Origin: an uncultured Gemmatimonadales bacterium
GTDB taxonomy: Bacteria > Gemmatimonadota > Gemmatimonadetes > Longimicrobiales > Gaopeijiaceae
Direction of reading: 5' to 3'
Length of the DNA stretch: 64,000 bases
Assembly (NCBI GenBank): GCA_963809895.1
Contig: CAWELD010000003.1
Coordinates: 1,920,001 to 1,984,000, forward strand
The notes beneath the pieces were generated by a model. That model made no database searches. It was not told the origin of the DNA and worked only from the letters and a program-made list of their open reading frames with translations. Of this stretch, positions 44,685-53,951 are shown piece after piece. The position numbers and the translations under genes were made by a program. The stretch's first letter is position 1. Every line of letters starts with the position of its first letter.

Positions 44685-47678
44685 ATGAGCGACGAACGCA
44701 CCCCGCGCAGCGACCTGGACGAGCTGGAGCGCCGGGTGTCGGCGGCCCGCCGCGACACCGAGGCCCGAGGCGAGACCTTCTATCCCGGCGCCAGCCGCAT
44801 CCACCTGGCGGCCTTCCCGCCCAAGGAGCGCTGGGACGACTGGGTGGAGCTGGACTCGCGGGCCTGGCCGGAGCGCGAGGAGCGCCGCTACATGCTGGTG
44901 CCCACCACCTGCTTCAACTGCGAGTCGGCGTGCGGGCTGCTGGCCTACGTGGACCGCGACACGCTCCAGGTGCGGAAGTTCGAGGGGAACCCGGAGCATC
45001 CGGGATCCCGGGGCCGCAACTGCGCCAAGGGCCCGGCCACCCTGAACCAGGTCACCGACCCGGATCGCATCCTGTATCCTCTGCGCCGCGTGGGCGCCCG
45101 GGGCGAAGGCCGCTGGGAGCGGGTGAGCTGGGACGAGGTCCTGGACGAGCTGGCCGGCCGTATCCGGGCTGCCATCGTGGAGGACCGCAAGGACGAGATC
45201 ATGTATCACGTGGGCCGCCCCGGCGAGGACGGCTTCACCGAGCGCACCCTGGCGGCCTGGGGAGTGGACGGCCACAACTCCCACACCAACATCTGCTCCA
45301 GCGGGGCCCGGGCCGGCTACCACTTCTGGATGGGCGCCGACCGGCCCAGCCCGGATCACGCCCACGCCGAGGTGATCTTCCTGGTGAGCAGTCACCTGGA
45401 GGCCGGCCACTACTTCAATCCCCACGCCCAGCGCATCATGGAGGCCCGGGCCCGGGGCGCGAAGGTGGTGGTCTTCGACACCCGGCTCTCCAACACCGCC
45501 ACCCACGCCGACCACTGGCTGGCCACCTATCCGGGCTCCGAGGCCGCAGTGCTGCTGGCCGTGGCCCGGCACCTGATCCTCACCCGGCGCTACGACCGGG
45601 AATTCGTGCGCCGCTGGTGGAACTGGGCCGAGTACATGGAGGCCGTGCACCCCGACCGGGGCGCGACCTTCGAGGCCTTCGAAGAGGTGCTGGCCGAGCT
45701 CTACGACCGCTTCACCTTCGAGTACGCCGCCGCCGAGGCGGGCGTCGAGGCCGATGCGATCCGCGCCGTGGCGGAGCTGGTGGCGGGGGCCGGCACCCGG
45801 CTGTCCACCCACAACTGGCGGAGCGCCGCCGCGGGCAATCTCGGGGGATGGCAGGTCGCCCGCACGCTCTTCCTGCTCAACGCGCTCACGGGGTCCGTGG
45901 CGACGCCCGGCGGCACCTTCCCCAACTCGTGGACCAAGTTCGTGCCGCGGCCCATCCACCTGCCTCCGCGGCATCCGGACCACTGGAACGAGCTCACCTG
46001 GCCCCGGGAGTATCCGCTGGCCCTCATGGAGATGTCCTTCCTGCTGCCCCATCTGGTGCGGGAGCGGGAGGCGCGCATCGACACCTACTTCACCCGGGTC
46101 TACAACCCGGTGTGGACCAATCCCGACGGCTTCCAGTGGATCGACATGCTCACCGACGAGGCGCGGGTGGGACTCCATGCCGCCCTCACGCCGACCTGGA
46201 ACGAGACCGCGTACTTCGCCGACTACGTGCTCCCCATGGGGCTGGGCTCGGAGCGTCACGACATCCACTCCTACGAGCAGTACGACGGGCAGTGGATCGG
46301 CTTCCGGCAGCCCGTGCTCAGGGCCGCGCGCGAGCGGCTGGGCGAGACGGTTACCGACACGCGTGACGTGAATCCCGGCGAGGTGTGGGAGGAGAACGAG
46401 TTCTGGATCGAGCTCACCTGGCGCATCGATCCCGACGGCTCGCTGGGGATCCGCCCCTTCGTGGAGTCCCGGGCGCGGCCCGGCGAGAAGCTCACCGTCG
46501 ACGAGTACTACGGCTGGATCTTCGAGCACTCGGTCCCCGGTCTTCCGGAGAAGGCGCAGGCGGAGGGGCTGACGCCGCTGGAATACATGCGCCGCTACGG
46601 AGCCTTCGAGGTGCGCCGGGGTGTGGGCGCCGTGTACGAGGAGGAGGTGCCGGCCGCCGAGCTCGACGACGCGCGCACCGACGCCCTGGGACGCGTCTTC
46701 ACGCGGGCGCCGAAGCCGGCGTCGCCCAACGTGGTGCCCTTCCCTCCCCTGGATCCCGACGCCGAGGGACGGCGGCGGGTGGGCGTAGCCGTGGACGGCG
46801 TGGTGCGCCGGGGATTCCCGACACCGTCGGGGCGGCTGGAGTTCTGGTCCCGCACCCTGCACGAGTGGGGATGGCCCGAGCTGGCCCTCCCCGACTACGC
46901 CGAGAGCCACGTGCACCGGGACCGGCTGGACGACGGCGAGTGCGTGCTCATCTCCACCTTCCGGGTGCCGGTGCAGATCCACACCCGGAGCGCCAACGCC
47001 AAGTGGCTGGACGAGATCGCCCACACCAACCCGCTGTGGCTGCACCCGTCGCGGGCGGCGGCGCTGGGTGTGCGTACCGGCGACCTGGTGCGGGTGAGCA
47101 CCCGCATCGGCCACTTCGTGGTGAAGGCGTGGGTGACCGAGGGCATCCGTCCCGACGTGGTGGCGTGCAGCCACCACATGGGCCGCTGGAAGCTCGAGGG
47201 TGACGGGCAGCGGCAGGCCATGGCGGCGGTGGCGCTGGAGCGGAGCGGTGACGAGCGCGGGCTCCGGACCCGGGCACCGGTGAGGCCGTTCGCGTCCGAC
47301 GATCCCGACACCTCGCGCATCTGGTGGACCGACGTGGGGGTGCATCAGAACCTCACCTTCGCGGTGCACCCCGATCCCATCTCGGGCATGCACTGCTGGC
47401 ATCAGGCGGTGCGGGTCACCCGGGCGGCGCCCGGCGACCGCTACGGCGACATCCACGTGGATGCGGCGCGCTCGAGGGCCGCCTATCGCGAATGGCTGGC
47501 GCGGGCGCGGCCGGCAGGGGTGGTATCGCCCGACGGCACGCGGCGGCCCTACTGGCTGCTGCGGCCCGTGCGCCCCGAGCGGGAGGCGTATCGCCTACCC
47601 GATGCACCGGAGCGGCCGCACCATCCGGAGCATCCGGGCGGGGGGGACGACACCGCGCCAGGCGGTGCCGACACATGA
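44685..47678 (+). CDS. DMSO-reductase-family molybdopterin oxidoreductase catalytic subunit, no Tat signal
   Basis: TTCFNCESACG..NCAKG 4Fe-4S motif, DRILYPL, SHTNICS (probable Cys ligand), ETAYFADYVLP, IHTRS..NPLWLHP. Confidence 0.9.
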   Translation: MSDERTPRSDLDELERRVSAARRDTEARGETFYPGASRIHLAAFPPKERWDDWVELDSRAWPEREERRYMLVPTTCFNCESACGLLAYVDRDTLQVRKFEGNPEHPGSRGRNCAKGPATLNQVTDPDRILYPLRRVGARGEGRWERVSWDEVLDELAGRIRAAIVEDRKDEIMYHVGRPGEDGFTERTLAAWGVDGHNSHTNICSSGARAGYHFWMGADRPSPDHAHAEVIFLVSSHLEAGHYFNPHAQRIMEARARGAKVVVFDTRLSNTATHADHWLATYPGSEAAVLLAVARHLILTRRYDREFVRRWWNWAEYMEAVHPDRGATFEAFEEVLAELYDRFTFEYAAAEAGVEADAIRAVAELVAGAGTRLSTHNWRSAAAGNLGGWQVARTLFLLNALTGSVATPGGTFPNSWTKFVPRPIHLPPRHPDHWNELTWPREYPLALMEMSFLLPHLVREREARIDTYFTRVYNPVWTNPDGFQWIDMLTDEARVGLHAALTPTWNETAYFADYVLPMGLGSERHDIHSYEQYDGQWIGFRQPVLRAARERLGETVTDTRDVNPGEVWEENEFWIELTWRIDPDGSLGIRPFVESRARPGEKLTVDEYYGWIFEHSVPGLPEKAQAEGLTPLEYMRRYGAFEVRRGVGAVYEEEVPAAELDDARTDALGRVFTRAPKPASPNVVPFPPLDPDAEGRRRVGVAVDGVVRRGFPTPSGRLEFWSRTLHEWGWPELALPDYAESHVHRDRLDDGECVLISTFRVPVQIHTRSANAKWLDEIAHTNPLWLHPSRAAALGVRTGDLVRVSTRIGHFVVKAWVTEGIRPDVVACSHHMGRWKLEGDGQRQAMAAVALERSGDERGLRTRAPVRPFASDDPDTSRIWWTDVGVHQNLTFAVHPDPISGMHCWHQAVRVTRAAPGDRYGDIHVDAARSRAAYREWLARARPAGVVSPDGTRRPYWLLRPVRPEREAYRLPDAPERPHHPEHPGGGDDTAPGGADT

Positions 47679-48561
47679 CGCCCGAGCTCTTCCGTGCCCT
47701 GGGGGCGCTGGTGGAGGAGCCCGGTCCGGGCACCGAAGTGCTGGCCCGGGCGCTGGGGCTGCCCGCAGCGCCGGAGGGCGCCGAGCACACCGACCTCTTC
47801 CTGTTCCAGCTCTACCCCTACGCCTCGGTGTACGTCGGCGCCGAGGGCATGCTGGGAGGTGAAGCGCGGGTCAGGATCGGGGGATTCTGGCGCGCCGTGG
47901 GTCGCGAGGCGCCGGTGGAGCCCGATCATCTGGGGGCGCTGCTGGGGCTGTACGCGGCGCTGGCGCGAGGAGGAGAACGGCGAGAAGGACCCGGCACGTC
48001 AAGCGCTCAGGCGCCGGGCCCGCGCCGCGCTGCTGTGGGAGCACCTGCTCTCCTGGCTGCCGGCGTTCCTGGTGCGGGCCCGGGAGCTGGGCTCGCCGGC
48101 CTATCGGGCGTGGGCGCGTATCCTGGGCGAGGCGCTGACGGAAGAAGCCCGCACGCTTGCCCGCAGCCCGGAGCGCCCGTCCACCTGACGGAAGCGCCGG
48201 AGCCCTTCGAGCCCGACCCCGACGCCGAAGCGCCAGGGCGAGGCCTTTCTCGCGGCCGTGCTCACGCCGGTGCGCTCGGGCTTCGTGCTCACCCGCGACG
48301 ACCTGGAGCGCTGCGCCCGCGACGCCGGGCTGGGGCTCCGGCGCGGGGAGCGGCGCTGGGTGTTGGGCGCGCTGCTGTCGCAGGACGCGCCCGCCACGCT
48401 GGCGTGGCTCGCCGCCGAGGCGGGGCGTCAGGCCGAGATGCTTCTCTGCGCTGCCGCCGGCGCTGGGCACGGTGCGCGATTTCTGGTCGGCGCGGGCCCG
48501 GACCTCGGCGGTGCGGCTCGCGGCGTTGGGCGAGGACGCCCGCGAAGCGAGCCTGCTGTGA
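47675..48561 (+). pseudogene. TorD/DmsD-family chaperone, at least 4 frameshifts
   Basis: YPYASVY, EPDHLGALL, EHLLSWLPAF spread over several frames; may be sequencing error rather than decay. Confidence 0.75.
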
Positions 48562-48628
48562 GGCGCGCGATCCCTGGCTCCATCTGCCGTCGCCGCGTGA
48601 CGCGGTGGCACATTCCCCGGAGGACCCG

Positions 48629-49558
48629 ATGACGCAAAGCTCTCGCCTGGTCGCCGCCGTGGCGTTCATCGTTCTGGCGGTGGGGGCGTCCGCGCCCCTG
48701 CGCGCGGCGGCTCAGACCCCCCGCACGCAGGTGGTGCTCCTGGGCACCGGCACGCCCAACGCCGACCCAGAGCGCTCGGGACCGGCCACCGCCATCGTGG
48801 TGGACGGAGTGCCCTACCTGGTGGATGCGGGCCCGGGGGTGGTGCGGCGGGCGGCGGCCGCCGCGGCCCAGGGTGTGGAGGGACTCCAGGTCTCGAAGCT
48901 GGCCACGGTCTTCCTCACCCACCTGCACTCGGACCACACGGTGGGGCTCCCGGACCTCATGCTGACGCCCTGGGTGCTGGAGCGCGACGTGCCGCTCACC
49001 GTCATCGGTCCCGAGGGGACCACCGACATGATGTCGCACCTGCAGGCGGCCTACCGCGCCGACATCGACATGCGCTTGTACGGCCTGGAGCCCGCCAACG
49101 ACAACGGCCACCGGGTGGAGGCCCGAGACGTGACGCCGGGCGTCGTCTATCAGGACGAGCGCGTCACGGTCACCGCCTTCGCCGTGCGCCACGGATCCTG
49201 GCCCGCCTCACAGGCCTTCGGCTACCGCTTCGAAACGCCGGACCGGGTGGTGGTGGTCTCCGGCGACACGGCGCCCACCGACGCCGTGGTGGAGGCCTGC
49301 AACGGCTGCGACGTCCTGGTGCACGAGGTCTACAGTCAGGCGGGATTCGAAGGCCGGAGCCCGGCCTGGCAGACCTATCACAAGTCCTTCCACACCTCCG
49401 GCGTCGAGTTGGGCGAGCTGGCGGCCCGCGCTCGGCCGGGGCTGCTGGTCCTCACCCACACGCTGCTCTGGGGCGCCACCCCGGAAGAGCTGGTGGCCGA
49501 GGTGAAGCAGGGCTTCGACGGGCGCGTCGTCTACGGCGAGGACCTGGACGTGTTCTGA
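48629..49558 (+). CDS. Secreted MBL-fold hydrolase (RNase Z/AtsA-like)
   Basis: Signal peptide, LLGTGTP, LVDAGPG, THLHSDHTVG, SGDT, LVHE, FHTS, LVLTH, GEDL. Confidence 0.88.
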   Translation: MTQSSRLVAAVAFIVLAVGASAPLRAAAQTPRTQVVLLGTGTPNADPERSGPATAIVVDGVPYLVDAGPGVVRRAAAAAAQGVEGLQVSKLATVFLTHLHSDHTVGLPDLMLTPWVLERDVPLTVIGPEGTTDMMSHLQAAYRADIDMRLYGLEPANDNGHRVEARDVTPGVVYQDERVTVTAFAVRHGSWPASQAFGYRFETPDRVVVVSGDTAPTDAVVEACNGCDVLVHEVYSQAGFEGRSPAWQTYHKSFHTSGVELGELAARARPGLLVLTHTLLWGATPEELVAEVKQGFDGRVVYGEDLDVF

Positions 49559-50183
49559 GCGGGAGGAGGTCGTCCTCAATCAGGTCTTTCGCCTGATCCG
49601 AGGTCTCGCGTCCCACCTCTCGGCGGGCCTCGCGCACACTCTCCACCTGACGCTGATCCAACCGTGCCGATAGCATAGCTGCCACGTTCCTGGCCGACGC
49701 CTCGAGGGCGATTGCAGGAATCTCCACCGGTGCGTAGCGCATCCATCGACTGACCCGCATGGCCCAGCGGCGGTAGGGTCCCGCCTGCTTCTCCACGACA
49801 GGGGGGTCCCGCAACTCCACCGCGATCCTCCCTGAGCGCGTCGGGCGCACATCGCGAACCTGATCCCACGGAATGAACAGCTCTCCACCGAGGAAGCCGG
49901 TCCGGTCCACGATACCATCGTCGGAGATCACGAGGCGCGGCCTGGTATCCATCAGCCTGGATACGGCTCTGAACCCGAGGGGGGCGAAGATCGCGATTGC
50001 CAGCCAGCTCGCCACGGTGCGTGGCAGAAATCCGATCACCAGACCGGCTCGCGCCCCGACAAGGCTCCCGATGGCTCCGAGTACCATTACGACTGCCAAC
50101 ACCAGGATCGTGATGTCGACTCGTATCGACCTGGCAACGGCAAGCGTTCCGCGCCTCGAGTCCTCGTCCAGGTATGCTGTCAT
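49452..50183 (-). CDS. Two-TM membrane protein with PH-like domain (STM3941-like); 3' end reads into the convergent gene
   Basis: SD AGGAG; two TMs, then PRLVISDDGIVD..FIPWDQV..AVELRDP; no stop until 107 bp inside the MBL gene. Confidence 0.65.
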   Translation of the reverse strand: MTAYLDEDSRRGTLAVARSIRVDITILVLAVVMVLGAIGSLVGARAGLVIGFLPRTVASWLAIAIFAPLGFRAVSRLMDTRPRLVISDDGIVDRTGFLGGELFIPWDQVRDVRPTRSGRIAVELRDPPVVEKQAGPYRRWAMRVSRWMRYAPVEIPAIALEASARNVAAMLSARLDQRQVESVREARREVGRETSDQAKDLIEDDLLPLRTRPGPRRRRRARRSPASPRPPALPGWRPRAACG

Positions 50184-50196
50184 GTCTCCTTCTTGC

Positions 50197-50868
50197 TCAA
50201 AAGTACCTGCACGCGAACCAGAATCCCGCGCGTACGATTGCCCGGACGCCCAACACCCCCGCACCCACGATAGCTGGGGGCTCAAAGATTTGACCACCCG
50301 GTGAGGCGAGCAGCGCGAGGGTCGCACCGGCACCCGCCGCTGCCTCCCATGCTGCGACCTGCATGTCGTGGAACTCATCTTCACAGCCTCCGCCAAAGGA
50401 GTAGACGGTCCACCCATCAGGCGTCACACACTTCGGATCCTCCGGATCAACACACCCTCCTCCACTAGGCATACCAGCTGACGTATCGATGATATCCCCG
50501 TCTGTCTGCGTGTCCACCCACCCGGAGTCAACGTCTCTCCAACGGAACCCCTCCAGGATTCCTCCGGACCATTGGTAGTCGAGCGTTGCCTGAAGGACTC
50601 CGTTCTTGTAGATGACAGCCTCGGTCCACGCACCCTCGGGGCCGGACCGTTCGAATCGCCACACATCTCCAAGGGAATCCGTCACTTGAAGGGTATTGTC
50701 TGTTCCCCAGACGGAATCCACCGCAACCGTCGTGCTCTGCGCCGTATGTGTGGCCAGCGGTTCTGTCGGAGTGTCGGGTTGGGGGCTCATAGCCATGTCC
50801 GCGCACGCCGACAACGAGGACGAGAGTATAACGAGGCAGACTCCAAAGCGTGGTGCACGAAATGACAT
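50197..50868 (-). CDS. Lipoprotein with C-terminal Cys-flanked Gly/Ala-rich hydrophobic domain (bacteriocin-like)
   Basis: SD GGAGG; lipobox LSAC; GGGC..C linker; GGG-CEDEF...AAAGAGATLALLA...GAGVLGV...WFACRYF. Confidence 0.7.
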   Translation of the reverse strand: MSFRAPRFGVCLVILSSSLSACADMAMSPQPDTPTEPLATHTAQSTTVAVDSVWGTDNTLQVTDSLGDVWRFERSGPEGAWTEAVIYKNGVLQATLDYQWSGGILEGFRWRDVDSGWVDTQTDGDIIDTSAGMPSGGGCVDPEDPKCVTPDGWTVYSFGGGCEDEFHDMQVAAWEAAAGAGATLALLASPGGQIFEPPAIVGAGVLGVRAIVRAGFWFACRYF

Positions 50869-51071
50869 CTGGGCCTCCAGAGAAGGAAATCACCGAAGCG
50901 GGCGCCAGAGGAATCGGGGCCGCCAACTCCGTTGGGATGGCCGAGGCCACGGATAACGGCGCCTGTTCTTGTCTCACTATGTGGAATGACCGGACCTCAA
51001 CACCATGTCCGCACCTACGCCTCCGTGCGAACATGGACAAGCGCCATTGACGACCACGAGCGGAGAGGCCC

Positions 51072-52995
51072 TCAGCGCCCATCCAGCGAGAAGGTGACGA
51101 TGGAGTTGCCGGCCGCGATGGTCACGAGTTGCCGGTCGTCGACCATGTACGTGATGGGCGCGGCGCGGATGAAGCCTCCCAGGTTCCGGCTCCACAATAC
51201 CGTTCCCGACGCGGCGTCCAGGGCGTAGAACCGGTTGTCGCCTCCCCCGAAGACCAGGCCTCCCGCGGTGGACAGCACGCCGTTGAAGCGATAGCGGCCA
51301 CCATTGGCCCGAGCCGGAGCCGTGAACTCCCAGCGGCGCTCCCCGGTGGTGGCGTCGAGGGCCCGCACCCCGGTGCTCGAGGGGAGATCGGTCGGGTCAT
51401 GGCCATTGGATCCCACGAAGAGCTCGCCGGCTCGTCGCGCCTCCGCATCGCGCTTGACGAAGATTCCACCGCGCTCGAGGAATGGCACGAAGAAGAGGCC
51501 GCGCGCGGGATCGAGGGCCGGCGACATCCAGTTGGTGGCGCCCCCGTCGCCGGGATAGACGAGCGTACCTCGCGGGCTCGGACGGCTCTCCGGCCGCACC
51601 CGGGGCCGTCCGTCGGCATCCAGACCCTCGGCCCAGGTCTGCCGGGCGAAGGCGCGGCCCCGCAGGAACGCGCCGGACCGGCGATCCAGCACGTAGTAGA
51701 ACCCGTTCCGGTTCGCCTGAAGGACCACGGGCCTCGTCTCGCCGTCGACGACGAGGTCCGCCAACACCGGAACCTCCACGGCGTCTCGATCGTGCTCGTC
51801 GTGGGGTGTCGCCTGGAAGTACCACCGCAGCCGCCCGGTCTCGACCTCGAGGGCAACGATGGAGTTGGAGTAGAGGTTGTCGCCGGGCCGCTCGTCGCCC
51901 CGGTAGTCCGGTGCCGGATTCCCCGTCCCCCAGATCAGGAGTCCCAGGTCGGGGTCGTAGCTACCGGTGACCCACGTGGGAGCGCCCCCCGTCTTCCAGG
52001 AATCCCCACCCCAGGTTTCGTTTCCCGGCTCCCCGGGCCCCGGCACGGTTTCGAAGCGCCAGACCCTGTCCCCCGTGACGGCGTCGTAGGCATCCAGGAA
52101 TCCCCGGACCCCGAACTCGCCACCCCCGATCCCGACGATCACCCGCCCGTCCACCGCCAGCGGCGCGCCGGTGATCGAGTACCCTTCGCTGTGATCCGCG
52201 ACCTCGACGGTCCACAGGACGGCCCCGGTGCGGGCGTCCAGGGCGACGAGATGCGCGTCCAGAGTCCCGAGAAAGAGGGTGCTCCCCAGCACGGCCAGTC
52301 CCCTGTTCTGGCCGCCGCAGCAGAGCCGCAGATCCGGGGGCAGGTCGTAGGCGTAGGACCAGCGCCGCTCTCCCGTGCGGGCGTCCAGCGCGAACACCCT
52401 CTGCGGTGGCGCGGTGACGAACATGGTCCCATCCACCACCAGGGGCGTGGTCTCGATGTTGCCGCCGGGGACCGGGAGTTGCGCCCGCCACCGGATCTGG
52501 AGCCGCTCGATCGTGGCCGAGCTCACCTGCGACAGAGGGCTGTGGCGGCGGGCGTCATAGGATCCGGAATACGTCAGCCAGGCGCTGGAATCCTCCGATA
52601 CATCCCGGAGCCGATCGAAGGTCACCGGGTCCACGTCCACCTCCGCGACCCGGCCTCGTCCACTGGCGGCGCCGGCTCGGAGAGCCCGCACGTAGGCCGC
52701 CAACTGCCAGACCTCTCTCGGTGACGAGCCGGTGCCCCGCATGGCGGTTCCCGGGACGCCGTGGCGAATCGTGCGGAAGAGGGCCCAGTCGCTGGCGCCG
52801 TGCTGGAGCTCGGCGGTGGTGAGGTCGGGTCCCGCCTCGTCGCCCCCCGCCGCCTCACCGTGACATTGGCGGCAGCGCTGCTCGAAGACGGCCCGTCCCG
52901 CCGCACGATCCGTGGAATCGGTGAAGGGATTGACGATGGACCCGTACGGATTCCGACTCTCCACGATCGGGGCCAGCCAGTACCCGCTGACCTTC
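51072..52995 (-). pseudogene. Cytochrome c + PQQ-dependent alcohol dehydrogenase fusion, apparently lacking its 5' end
   Basis: CRQCH heme motif, WLTYSG, ETTPLV, vicinal CC, GGEFGVRG, WGTGNP, HDEHDRD, GATNW; no start or signal peptide before it abuts an opposite-strand gene fragment. Confidence 0.8.
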
Positions 52996-53226
52996 CTGGA
53001 GGCCGTGGACGTCGTCGCGTCGGCCGATGGGTTCGAGGTGAGCGAGGCGGAGAAACTGTTCGACGTCGCGTCGTATGCCAAGGGGCACCCGGCGGCCTCC
53101 TTCGACATCCACCCCGACGGACGGCACTTCGTCTTCGTGAAGGCGGGTGACGTGGCAGGCGCTAACCAGGCGGCCCAGGTGGTCATCACCAACGCGCTGA
53201 ATCCGGGGCTCACGGGCCAGCGCTGA
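52996..53226 (+). pseudogene. 3' remnant of a TolB/WD40-type beta-propeller gene (resembles Ser/Thr kinase tails)
   Basis: KLFD...SFDIHPDGRHFVFVK...QVVITN..* resembles the last propeller blade; no 5' part. Confidence 0.55.
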
Positions 53227-53392
53227 GCGGCGGAGAGGGGGCCGCGGGCCCGCCCGGGCCTTCTGGTCCTGACCCACACGCTGCTCTGGGGTGCGAACGA
53301 GATTGTCGTCGATCGAGCAATCGCGGCGTTTCATGGGGCGAATGCGGAGTTCGCGGCGATATCTGCCGACGAACCAGCATGCAGTCTCCCCG
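53090..53392 (+). repeat. About 300-bp segment duplicated at 63041-63343
   Basis: Near-identical from CCTCCTTCGACATCCACCCCGACGG through GATATCTGCCG. Confidence 0.92.
53305..53392. repeat. Tripartite repeat, partial copy (arm 1, linker, half of arm 2)
   Basis: GTCGTCGATCGAGCAATCGCGGCG...GTTCGCGGC-GATATCT-GCCGACG; homology ends near 53392. Confidence 0.8.
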
Positions 53393-53491
53393 GCCACGTC
53401 GCCATCCCGGATGGGGCTGGCTGGTGGGCGGGTGCCCTGGCGTCGGCCACGACCCCTACCCGGCGGTGGACGCGCTGAGAAGGCCGTGGCG

Positions 53492-53881
53492 ATGGCCGAG
53501 GACTACGCCACCCGTGAGCAGGCCCTGGCGGACGCGGTGATCGAGGGGCGCGGGAAGGTCCGGCTACCGGCAGGCGGCACCTACGTGGGCCGCAATTGGA
53601 TGCCGAAATACCTGTGGGTGGGCTCGCTGGACGAGGCCCGCAGGACGCTGGACGACCTGGTGACGGAAGGGCAGGGCGGCCGGGACAGGCTCATTACGCT
53701 CCGCGGCGTCATGCGGGACCTGGACCCCGCGTGGCCCACCATCGCGGAGAAGCGGTGGGCAGAGCGGGTGCAGGAAACCTACCACGTCCACATGCGGAAC
53801 GCGGTGGCCGCGCTGGACTCCACCACCTGGATGAAGAAGCGGATCGAGGCCGCCCTGGCCCTGGTCGAGTATGGCCCCTAG
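53492..53881 (+). CDS. Hypothetical protein or gene fragment
   Basis: Strong GC3 coding bias, MAEDYATREQ...LVEYGP*; 5' end uncertain. Confidence 0.55.
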   Translation: MAEDYATREQALADAVIEGRGKVRLPAGGTYVGRNWMPKYLWVGSLDEARRTLDDLVTEGQGGRDRLITLRGVMRDLDPAWPTIAEKRWAERVQETYHVHMRNAVAALDSTTWMKKRIEAALALVEYGP

Positions 53882-53951
53882 GAGAGCGGCGGCCCGGTAG
53901 GTGTCCGGGCCGCCGCAACACAGTCCTAGGCCGGTCCTTTCCTCAAAAGGA

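Noticed and set aside
52996..53279. N-terminus of the 735-aa PQQ ORF as given in the track
   Set aside because: It is the antisense of the duplicated propeller/MBL scar, not a signal peptide.
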